Made by a program: the position numbers and the translations under genes
Notes under the pieces: model-generated
Seen by the model: the letters and a program-made list of their open reading frames with translations, nothing else
Told to the model about the DNA's origin: nothing
Databases searched by the model: none
DNA from: Nitrososphaera viennensis EN76
GTDB lineage: Archaea; Thermoproteota; Nitrososphaeria; Nitrososphaerales; Nitrososphaeraceae
Direction: 5' to 3'
Assembly: GCF_000698785.1 (NCBI RefSeq)
Contig: NZ_CP007536.1
Coordinates: forward strand, 30,001 to 62,000
DNA length: 32,000 nt
Shown here: positions 16,194-23,766 of the stretch, piece after piece
How the letters are laid out: the number at the start of each line of letters is the position of its first letter
How positions within the stretch are numbered: position 1 is the stretch's first letter

Positions 16194-17243
16194 TCAGGAG
16201 ATTTTAAATGCTGCCTTGAGCCTTGCCGCAGCTATAACTGTGGCGGTAAGAGCCGCAAGGCCAAGAGCCGCAAACGGAAACTCGGGCATGTTGCGCACGC
16301 CCTGGATCTGCACTGCGTGGTTGCCAGGCGGCACGAAAAAGTCGATGTGCACTGTCTTGCCGTCGGCTTTGACGGTGGCGCCGTCATAGGGCTTGCCGTC
16401 CATCATCACCACAACGGTCTGGTTCTGCACCAGCTGCGGGATCTTTATGCTTGCTGGTCCGCCCTTTGGATTGTAGTGTGTGATGTCAAACGCGATACTG
16501 TCGGTTGCATTTTCATATCTCAGGCTGCCCACCTTGGCAATAGAATTAAAGTCGTACGCGATGAACCCCCCGTCGCCGGTGGAAAGGGTCGGTATCGGGG
16601 CGTTGATGTCAAAGCCGGCACAGCTGTAGTAATAGACCTCTGCCTTGACGGCGGGATCTGGCGACGCCGTAAATACTGCTTCCTCGCCGGGCCTCAGCAC
16701 GGGCACGACGTTGCTCTTGACAGAGTCCAAGTTTTTCGTGTTTTCGTCGTGGACAGAGGCGTAGACATAGACGTTTCTAAGCTCGGTGTTGCCTATGTTC
16801 TTCACGGTGCCGGTGAGGACACGCTCTTGTCCCACCGCCATGTTGGTGTAGTTGAGCACAAGCGTGTCATAGAACGGCTGGTCTACCTGCTTGGCACTTG
16901 CTACGTACGGCTTGCCCACCGGTTCAAGGCCCTCTGCAAGCCGGAACTTGAACGGCGCTCCCTTTGCAGGGTAGATAACGCTCCCGTACAGGTCTTCATA
17001 GAGCGTCGAGGTGCGTCCCGAACTGTCAGTGACGTTAAGGGCCATAGTGACGCTTAACGGCCACGTACCGCGATTGTTGGCGATTCCAACTATGTTTGTC
17101 ATTCCCTGCGAATCCACAAAAGAATAATCGGAATTCTTTAGCTCAATTGTGTTGATGTCACCCTCCGCATTTGCAACTGCTAGGGAAGGGAATGCAAAAG
17201 GAACGAGCAGGACTGCAAGTGCGGCCCACGCCAGCAGGCGCAT
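16194..17243 (-). CDS. Secreted FxLYD-repeat protein with PEF-type C-terminal sorting signal
   Basis: Signal peptide MRLLAWAALAVLLVPFAFPSLAVANA from ATG 17243. Two FxLYD-like repeats (IVGIANNRGTWPLSVTMALNVTDSSG and LTGTVKNIGNTELRNVYVYASVHDENT). The C-terminus is PEFPFAALGLAALTATVIAAARLKAAFKIS (PEF motif, TM helix, basic tail). The TATA has 28 nt between it and the ATG. Confidence 0.7.
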   Translation of the reverse strand: MRLLAWAALAVLLVPFAFPSLAVANAEGDINTIELKNSDYSFVDSQGMTNIVGIANNRGTWPLSVTMALNVTDSSGRTSTLYEDLYGSVIYPAKGAPFKFRLAEGLEPVGKPYVASAKQVDQPFYDTLVLNYTNMAVGQERVLTGTVKNIGNTELRNVYVYASVHDENTKNLDSVKSNVVPVLRPGEEAVFTASPDPAVKAEVYYYSCAGFDINAPIPTLSTGDGGFIAYDFNSIAKVGSLRYENATDSIAFDITHYNPKGGPASIKIPQLVQNQTVVVMMDGKPYDGATVKADGKTVHIDFFVPPGNHAVQIQGVRNMPEFPFAALGLAALTATVIAAARLKAAFKIS

Positions 17244-17264
17244 ATCTGTATACGGTGGTGGGCG

Positions 17265-17280
17265 CTCCGGCAATTTAAAG
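17265..17280 (-). promoter_or_regulatory. Promoter element CTTTAAATTGCCGGAG for the FxLYD/PEF gene
   Basis: TATA-like TTTAAATT with 28 nt between it and ATG 17243. The element is identical at 15 of 16 positions to the one at 15662-15677. Confidence 0.5.
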
Positions 17281-17296
17281 TCCTCCCTCTCCCCTT

Positions 17297-17470
17297 CTAG
17301 CCGCCGGCGTTCTCGCCAGAAAAGGCGAGGTGGTCATGGTAGATGTTTATCAGCTCGTTTATCGCGTCCCCAAAGTCGACGTCACGCTTTTTTTCGTGCG
17401 ACATCTCGCTCCTGATGGACGCAAGGCGCTTGTACGTCTGCTCGTCTATTGTCAGCGTCTTCATCGTCAT
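17297..17470 (-). CDS. Small ribbon-helix-helix-like protein (ORF below the track's size cutoff)
   Basis: Hand translation of the minus strand gives (MT)MKTLTIDEQTYKRLASIRSEMSHEKKRDVDFGDAINELINIYHDHLAFSGENAGG, stop TAG at 17297-17299. That is 55 aa from ATG 17464 or 57 aa from ATG 17470. An N-terminal beta-strand followed by two helices resembles CopG/Arc/MetJ-type RHH proteins. Confidence 0.45.
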   Translation of the reverse strand: MTMKTLTIDEQTYKRLASIRSEMSHEKKRDVDFGDAINELINIYHDHLAFSGENAGG

Positions 17471-17530
17471 TATCGTTTTACCCTATCCTGCCCTAGATGA
17501 AAATGCGCGCAGGATATTTGCCTTTCATCA

Positions 17531-18790
17531 TCAGACAAGAAGGGACGTCAGGTACATGACCAGCATTCCCGCCGCTATGCCGGCCATCACCGGCCCGCTC
17601 AGGAACCTGTTGCTACTGCCGCCGGCGCCCTCTTGCCGGCCCGAGTACTTGAATATCGCATAGACCACCTGGAATACCGCGCCGGCACCAACTGCCAGAA
17701 ACACCACGGACGCAACGGGTGAGGCGACAAAGCCTCCGACCCATGCGCCAAGGATTGCTGGCGCGCCGGCGATAAACCCGAGCGCGGCGAGCTGCGCCAC
17801 CTTTGGCTTTTCCCTTGCAAGCGGCGCAACGATGGCAAGGCCCTCGGTGGTGTTGTGTATCGTAAAGCCCACGATGAGAAAGGCGCCCAGCGCCACTTCG
17901 CCGGCCACCATCGCGCCTCCTATCGCAAGGCCCTCTCCCATGTTGTGCAGGCCTATCCCTATCGATATCATGAGCGCGATTGCGAAAGAGCTTGTCGTCG
18001 TCACCGTGCGTGCCGCTGCCGCCGCTGCCGTCGCCTTTGTCGTCGTAGTCCTGCTGCCCCTTTCCACCAGCTTTTCAGACGCGTACAGCAGCGCCACAAA
18101 CGACACCACCGCCACGGTGGCGATCAGCGCCTGGCCGTTGAACGCGCCTGCCACGCTTGTTGTGGCAAGCTCGTTTGCCTCCACCAGCGCATCTATCCCA
18201 AGGAACAAGAGCAGGCCGGCGGTAAAGCTGAGAAAGAACAGGTACTTGCCTGCCGACAGCCTCTTGAGGAACGGGAGCCACAAGAGGCCGATCATCACCG
18301 GGATTATGCCGACGTACGTGCCAAGGAGCGCAAGGAGAGACGCCTGCCCTGCGTCAGGCGCCGGAGTCAGTATCGCGGCCGGGACAGCCTTGGCAAAGCG
18401 CGTGCCGTCCGACGTCGTCACGCCGACTTCGTAGGGCTTGCCCTCCACCCATTCAAACGGTATGACGACCCGGGCTTCTTCAAAGCGCGCGAGAGCCCGG
18501 GAAGGCTCGACCGCAGCCGGCACTATCCTGTCGTTGACATCCACCTGCGCTATCTCGGTTGCCTGTGGCCCGGTGTTGCGCACGTGCGCGGTTATCAGCT
18601 TGCTCCCAAACTCTATGCGCTCGATCGTCATGTCGGGAAGCGGCGCGCCAAAGTTGAGTATCGAGTTTCCGGGCCACAGCAAAAACGCGATCATCGCGGC
18701 GAGTATCGCTATCGGAATCACGGCGCTTGCGGCAAGCTTTGTTTTTGAAATAGAATTCTTGTTGTGGTTATTGTCAGTGGTAGTCACCAT
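17531..18790 (-). CDS. ZIP-family metal permease with extra N-terminal TM helix and extracytoplasmic domain
   Basis: ZIP signature 'GLHNMGEGLAIGG' and 'HNTTEGLAIV' in the C-terminal TM bundle. The first ~140 aa are one TM helix plus a beta-rich domain. The ATG lies 10 nt after the MCO stop. Confidence 0.8.
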   Translation of the reverse strand: MVTTTDNNHNKNSISKTKLAASAVIPIAILAAMIAFLLWPGNSILNFGAPLPDMTIERIEFGSKLITAHVRNTGPQATEIAQVDVNDRIVPAAVEPSRALARFEEARVVIPFEWVEGKPYEVGVTTSDGTRFAKAVPAAILTPAPDAGQASLLALLGTYVGIIPVMIGLLWLPFLKRLSAGKYLFFLSFTAGLLLFLGIDALVEANELATTSVAGAFNGQALIATVAVVSFVALLYASEKLVERGSRTTTTKATAAAAAARTVTTTSSFAIALMISIGIGLHNMGEGLAIGGAMVAGEVALGAFLIVGFTIHNTTEGLAIVAPLAREKPKVAQLAALGFIAGAPAILGAWVGGFVASPVASVVFLAVGAGAVFQVVYAIFKYSGRQEGAGGSSNRFLSGPVMAGIAAGMLVMYLTSLLV

Positions 18791-18800
18791 GTGCCATTAA

Positions 18801-19832
18801 TCACTTCTCCTTTACCAGAAACGTCCCCGTCCAGCCCTTCTCTGCAAACTCGGTCTTGTGGGCATGGAACATGTACTGTCCGGGGTACTTGTAGCTGAAT
18901 TCAAGGATGCCCCGCTCTCCCTGGCTCATCGTCACGATGTCCGTGTACTCGTCCGGAGTGAGGCCTGTCCCGGTGCGGTACAGGTTGAACAGGTTTCCGT
19001 GCAGGTGGAAATTATTGATCTGGTCAAACTCCAGTATGTTGACGAGGTAGACGCGCACCAGCCTGTCTTTTTCTATCTGTATCGGGTGGTGCATGTAGTA
19101 GAACGGTATGCCGTTTACAGTGTAGAAATTGTTCTCGGTGTCAAAGTCGGTGTCATAGCCGTTCATCATCATCACCATCTCGTCAGCCGGAGGCCGCGGC
19201 TCCTTTGGGTCCACGATGTATACTCCGTACAGGCCGTGAGAGATGTGCTCCTCAAGGGGCTGGATGTGACAGTGGTACAGGAACAGGCCAAAGGGCTCGG
19301 CGGTAAACTCGTACGTGTACTGGCCTCCCGGCGCTATCTTTTCAAATACGCCGTCCATTTCCGCCGCATGTATGCCGTGGAAGTGCATCGTGTGCGGGCG
19401 GGTCCCGTTGTTGATGAAGTGGATGCGCACGAGGTCGCCTTCCGTTGCCCGTATCGTGGGGCCGGGGACCGTGCCGTTGAACGTCCACGCGTTGAAAAAG
19501 ACGCCCGGCGACACTTCAAGGGTCTTGCTATCGTCTGCCACTATGGTAAACTCGCGAAGAGTAGTCCCGTCAGGCAGCTTTGATACGCGCCCATAGTTGA
19601 ACTCGCGCAGGTACTTGTCAGGGTCCACCACGGCGTTTTTCAGCGGCGCGCTATCGTGCTCCGGGTCGACCACGTCACCTGCAGTAAAGTAGGAAGTGAG
19701 GCTGTGGCCCGTCACCATCTTTTCCGTGCTCTGCGCGTCTGCGCCAAAGCCAAGGGACGAAAAGGCTATTGCAGTGCCTGCTACGGCCACCGCTATAACC
19801 ACTACCAGCAATAATTTGCTACTCGACAACAA
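18801..19832 (-). CDS. Two-domain multicopper oxidase (laccase-like, type-1 Cu in domain 1)
   Basis: Signal/TM N-terminus with a TTG start. Four HxH motifs (MHFHG, HCH, FHLHG, FHAHK) provide the trinuclear cluster, and 'HCHIQPLEEHISHGLYG' provides the type-1 Cu Cys/His ligands. Confidence 0.85.
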   Translation of the reverse strand: MLSSSKLLLVVVIAVAVAGTAIAFSSLGFGADAQSTEKMVTGHSLTSYFTAGDVVDPEHDSAPLKNAVVDPDKYLREFNYGRVSKLPDGTTLREFTIVADDSKTLEVSPGVFFNAWTFNGTVPGPTIRATEGDLVRIHFINNGTRPHTMHFHGIHAAEMDGVFEKIAPGGQYTYEFTAEPFGLFLYHCHIQPLEEHISHGLYGVYIVDPKEPRPPADEMVMMMNGYDTDFDTENNFYTVNGIPFYYMHHPIQIEKDRLVRVYLVNILEFDQINNFHLHGNLFNLYRTGTGLTPDEYTDIVTMSQGERGILEFSYKYPGQYMFHAHKTEFAEKGWTGTFLVKEK

Positions 19833-19864
19833 GCGTGATACGCAGTGAATTGAGTTAACCTAGA

Positions 19865-19895
19865 TAATAAATGTTAGCCCAGTCTAACATTATTA
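19865..19895. promoter_or_regulatory. Inverted repeat between the divergent MCO and DUF309 promoters
   Basis: Perfect 8-bp arms AATGTTAG (19870-19877) and CTAACATT (19884-19891) with a 6-nt spacer, extendable to about 13 bp with one bulged A. It abuts the MCO TATA (plus-strand ataataaat) and lies about 20 nt from the DUF309 TATA (aagtttat). Confidence 0.5.
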
Positions 19896-19940
19896 GATGA
19901 TACTATTTCGCGAAGTTTATCTTTGCATTTGCCAAATGCA

Positions 19941-20516
19941 ATGTGTAGCATATTGCAAAGGTACTTTGTCCACCTCAAGAACAGCGCGTACACGCCCAAG
20001 GATGCCACGGTGCTCCTCACAAGGGCCCGCGAGCTGGTAGGCGAGAGGGCGACAGTCCGCGACTCGCGCGTGTCAAAAAAGTACATCGAGTTTGACACGA
20101 GCGTCCCAGACGGCACGGACATAGGCGATCTGGTAGGCAGGCTTGAAAAAATCTCGCCCCTTGCCAGCTATGAGCACATAGCCGAGAGGCACATGGAAAA
20201 AGGCGAGGCGATCAAGAGGGCAATAGAGCTTTTCAACGACGAAAAGTACTGGGGCACGCACGAGGCGCTAGAGGCCGTCTGGAAAGAGACGCCGGCGGGA
20301 GCAGAGCGCGACCTCCTAAACGGCGTGATACTCGTCGCGGCAGCGTTCGTGCACGACGAAAAAGACGAGCAGGAGATCTGCATGTCGATACTCAGGCGCG
20401 CCAGAAACAAACTTGAAGGCGCAACGGGCAGGTACCACGGGATAGACATGGACAGGTTTGTAGAGCGGGTGCAAGGGATACTGAACACGGGCGTGATAGA
20501 GCGGTTTACGATCTGA
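19941..20516 (+). CDS. DUF309-domain protein with an N-terminal extension
   Basis: ELFNDEKYWGTHEALEAVWKE...LLNGVILVAAAFVH matches the DUF309 helical signature (FN-x-x-YW/F-x-x-HE-x-LE-x-W ... G-x-I-x-x-AA). I prefer ATG 19941, while the track uses TTG 19923. Confidence 0.65.
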   Translation: MCSILQRYFVHLKNSAYTPKDATVLLTRARELVGERATVRDSRVSKKYIEFDTSVPDGTDIGDLVGRLEKISPLASYEHIAERHMEKGEAIKRAIELFNDEKYWGTHEALEAVWKETPAGAERDLLNGVILVAAAFVHDEKDEQEICMSILRRARNKLEGATGRYHGIDMDRFVERVQGILNTGVIERFTI

Positions 20517-21822
20517 ACCTGATGACTGCTCGCGCCACTGCAAGGACAACCGTGCTTATCGCAGACAGCACCAGAAGCGCGGTGCCAAACATCAGGACTT
20601 CAGTAGATGCTGTCGCTTCACCTGCCGCGACCGCGGCGATGCTTGCCGCCCACGCAATTGCAAGTACGTATTTTGCGTACTTCATGTCCCAGCACTTTTT
20701 CCTGCCGGCGATTGCAAGCACTGCCGACAGAGGTGCAAAGTACAGCAGGCCGATGAGCGAGCTGGCAGCCAGGCCGGCCCCGACTATGGCGGCTTCATCG
20801 TTGAACGAAAGCGCGTGGAAGACAGAAGTGCTCAGGTCGAGTATTCCAAGAAGCGGATAGATGGACGTACGGACTGCGCCCTTGAGCCACCCCTGGTCCC
20901 GCTCATAGTCTGCGACATGCGGGCTGAAAGAGTAGTACCAGCCGTTAAAGACGTTCATGAAACTTGCGCCGGCCATCGTCTTGAGCGCAAGGCCGTCGCG
21001 GAAGTTGCGCAGCTCCTGCACCTGCGGCGCAAGCTCGCTTCCAAACGCGGCAGTCGCTATCAGGCAGCCGCTCTGCGTGCCGTTGTTTGTGGCACCAGAG
21101 TTTGCCCCAAGGCCGGCAGCCCTGTACCTGGCAACGTCAGAGACGTACTGGTCAGAGTCGACTACAAGCGAATAGCTTGCGGCCTTGTACGTCTGCAGGC
21201 GCTCTGGCACGACTATGCCAGAGCCTCCCTTGCCCCCGGGCGCCATGTTTTCGACCACCCGGCTCTCGCTCTCCAGAGGGGCCTCGCCTATAGCCACCAC
21301 CTTGCCGGCGCTGTCATATAGCGTCGCTATTGCGATTGGGTTTGTCGCGGTCTGGTTGCCGTCGTTTCTGACGCTCACGTTGATGTAGTAGAGCCCAAGC
21401 ACGTCAAGCCGCGAATTTGACGAGACTATGGTCAGTTTTGCGGGCTTGTCCTCTGCCGGCTGACCCGTGGCGGAAAGGGAATAACTGGCGACCCTGTCCA
21501 CCGTCGCAGGGTCGAGGTAGACCATGTCAAAGGGCGCAAAGCCTCCTGGGCCTATCACGCGCAGTTTCGGCGCCTGCTGGTACTGAGAAAGGAGCGCGCC
21601 GTTTGCGTCATAGAACGACGCCGTTATCAGGACGCCTTTCATGGCAGTAGTTTCCGATTCGTTCTTTATCTCGCCATAGATGTGCATTATCTTGGTCTCG
21701 TCCATATACTTGGTCTCGTTATGGAAGGAAAAGTTCCCCTCTGCTGCCGCGGCATGCTGTGACGCAAGCAACAGTAGCATTGCAATGGCTGCAATGGTTG
21801 CAAGCGGGCCGCGCATGTACAT
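20506..21822 (-). CDS. FxLYD-repeat surface protein with CFI-box and multi-TM C-terminal region
   Basis: Signal peptide, two FxLYD repeats (GEIKNESETTAMKGVLITASFYDANG and VSVRNDGNQTATNPIAIATLYDSAG), then CLIATAAFGSELAPQVQELRNFRD (20995-21066), followed by several hydrophobic helices. Confidence 0.75.
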   Translation of the reverse strand: MYMRGPLATIAAIAMLLLLASQHAAAAEGNFSFHNETKYMDETKIMHIYGEIKNESETTAMKGVLITASFYDANGALLSQYQQAPKLRVIGPGGFAPFDMVYLDPATVDRVASYSLSATGQPAEDKPAKLTIVSSNSRLDVLGLYYINVSVRNDGNQTATNPIAIATLYDSAGKVVAIGEAPLESESRVVENMAPGGKGGSGIVVPERLQTYKAASYSLVVDSDQYVSDVARYRAAGLGANSGATNNGTQSGCLIATAAFGSELAPQVQELRNFRDGLALKTMAGASFMNVFNGWYYSFSPHVADYERDQGWLKGAVRTSIYPLLGILDLSTSVFHALSFNDEAAIVGAGLAASSLIGLLYFAPLSAVLAIAGRKKCWDMKYAKYVLAIAWAASIAAVAAGEATASTEVLMFGTALLVLSAISTVVLAVARAVIRFRS

Positions 21823-21904
21823 GCCGGATCGGGGTTTTTTGGATATTTAAATCTGAAAAATTGGGCCGGCAACAATAGATATTAAAAGACGTGCACGCCA
21901 ACAG

Positions 21905-22801
21905 GTGGCGTACTTGGCGGCCGACATCATTTCCGTTGTTGCAGGTCCCTCCTCGCCCGAGCTTGCCGCAGGCATTGCAAGACACCTTGGCGCCAGGCTT
22001 GTGCAAGCGGAGCTTCGCGTGTTTTCTGACGGGGAGAGCAAGATCAGGCTTGCAGAAAGCACAGGCAAGAAATGCGTCATCGTGCAGTCGACCTACCCGC
22101 CCACCGACACCCACCTCATGCAGGCAATGATGATGGCAAAAAAGTGCGCCGACAACGGCGCCGAGGTATGCGCCGTGATACCGTACCTTGCCTATGCAAG
22201 GCAGGACAGGGCTTTTCTTGAAGGCGAGGCAGTGAGCGTGGCGCTGGTTGCAAAACTGCTTGCGGCGGCTGGAGCCAGGTCGGTTGTTACGGTCGACATC
22301 CATAGCGAGGCGGCCCTTGCCTTCTTTTCCAGAATCACGAACGTTTCTTCAATGCCGCTCTTGGCGGCCCATGCGGCCGGCCTGAAGCTCAAAAACGCAC
22401 TTGTGGTGTCGCCTGACATGGGAGGCATCTGCAGGGCGCAGGAATTTGCAAGGCTGTTAAAGACGGACATGATTGCGCTGAAAAAATCCCGCGACAGGAG
22501 CACCGGCGAAGTCACCGTGGAGCAAAAAATCGATTCTGACATTTCCGGCCGCGACGCGATACTGATTGACGACATGATAAGCAGCGGCGGGAGCATCGTC
22601 AAGGCGGCAGAGGTGCTGCGCAAAAACGGCGCCGGCAGGATATACGCCATGTGCGCGCACGCGCTGCTGATAGGCGACGCGGCCTCCAGGATAGCGGCTG
22701 CAGGCGTGCAGGAGATAATCGCCACCAACTCTATACCGGGCAGGCACGCGACAGTCGACCTGAGCGGGGCGCTTGCAGAGGCCGTGCGGAAAACCCTGTG
22801 A
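21905..22801 (+). CDS. prs: Ribose-phosphate pyrophosphokinase (PRPP synthetase)
   Basis: 'VIPYLAYARQDR' and the PRPP-binding loop 'ILIDDMISSGGSI'. The start is GTG 21905 or TTG 21914. Confidence 0.88.
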   Translation: MAYLAADIISVVAGPSSPELAAGIARHLGARLVQAELRVFSDGESKIRLAESTGKKCVIVQSTYPPTDTHLMQAMMMAKKCADNGAEVCAVIPYLAYARQDRAFLEGEAVSVALVAKLLAAAGARSVVTVDIHSEAALAFFSRITNVSSMPLLAAHAAGLKLKNALVVSPDMGGICRAQEFARLLKTDMIALKKSRDRSTGEVTVEQKIDSDISGRDAILIDDMISSGGSIVKAAEVLRKNGAGRIYAMCAHALLIGDAASRIAAAGVQEIIATNSIPGRHATVDLSGALAEAVRKTL

Positions 22802-22851
22802 CAAGGTTAAATCAGGCTCTGTGTCCACCATAGCACAGCGTGGCAACAAAC

Positions 22852-23766
22852 ATGCAGATGGTGTTTCTCGGCACGTCGGCGGCGGCGCCAACTCCGGAGC
22901 GCGGCCTTTCGTCCATAGCCATAATGCGCGACGGCGAGCTCTTGCTGTTTGACGCTGGCGAGGGCATGCAGCGCAACTTCATCAAGGCCGGACTTGGCAT
23001 GAACCGCAAGATGAAGGTGTTTATCACGCACATGCACGCCGACCACTGCGTGGGCCTGCTAGGGCTGTTGCAGACGATGTCGCTCCAGGGGCGCGAAAGG
23101 AGGCTTGACGTCTATGGCCAGCCCCGGCTCAAAGAGTTCCTGCTTGAAAACATGAGGATAATCAACTTTGGCCTGACCTTTGAAGTCGCGATACACGCGA
23201 TTGAAGGCGAGGGCATAGTCGTGCAGGAAAGCGACTACAAGGTAACCTGCTGCGAGGCCGAGCACTCTATCCCCGCCCTTTCGTACAGGCTGGACGAGTT
23301 TGACAGGCCGGGCGCCTTTAACGTAGAGCTAGTCAAAAAGATGGGCATACCCGAGGGCGAGCTGTACAGCAGGCTGCAGCACGGGCAGGACATTGAATAC
23401 AACGGCAAGATTGTAAGGTCGGCCGACGTCGTCGGGCCTCCAAGGCCGGGCAGAAAGATAGGAATATCCGGCGACACCAGGCCAACTGACAAGTTGACAA
23501 AATTCTTTTCGGGATGCGACGTGCTGGTGTTCGAGTCGACGTACACCCATGACAAGCTTGCAAAGGCGCTAGAGACTGCGCACTCGACGGCCACAGAGGC
23601 GGCGACCGTCGCCAGGCAGGCTGGCGCAAAAAAGCTGTTCCTGACCCACTTTAGCGCGCGCTATGACGAAACGTCTGCCCTGGTAAAGGAAGCGTCTGCA
23701 ATACACGCAAACGTCGAGGCCGCCGAGGACCTGAAGCAGGTCGACATCCCGTACCCGCCGTCATAA
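22852..23766 (+). CDS. rnz: Ribonuclease Z (tRNA 3' endonuclease)
   Basis: MQMVFLGTSAAAPTPERGLSS N-terminus and 'ITHMHADHCVGLLGLL' (HxHxDH). ATG 22852 is preferred over the track's GTG 22840. Confidence 0.88.
   Translation: MQMVFLGTSAAAPTPERGLSSIAIMRDGELLLFDAGEGMQRNFIKAGLGMNRKMKVFITHMHADHCVGLLGLLQTMSLQGRERRLDVYGQPRLKEFLLENMRIINFGLTFEVAIHAIEGEGIVVQESDYKVTCCEAEHSIPALSYRLDEFDRPGAFNVELVKKMGIPEGELYSRLQHGQDIEYNGKIVRSADVVGPPRPGRKIGISGDTRPTDKLTKFFSGCDVLVFESTYTHDKLAKALETAHSTATEAATVARQAGAKKLFLTHFSARYDETSALVKEASAIHANVEAAEDLKQVDIPYPPS

Noticed and set aside
17494-17500. TAGATGA heptamer shared between the ZIP/RHH spacer and the MCO/DUF309 inverted-repeat flank (19894-19900).
   Set aside because: A 7-mer is expected to recur by chance several times in 32 kb on two strands, so it is not evidence of a shared operator on its own.
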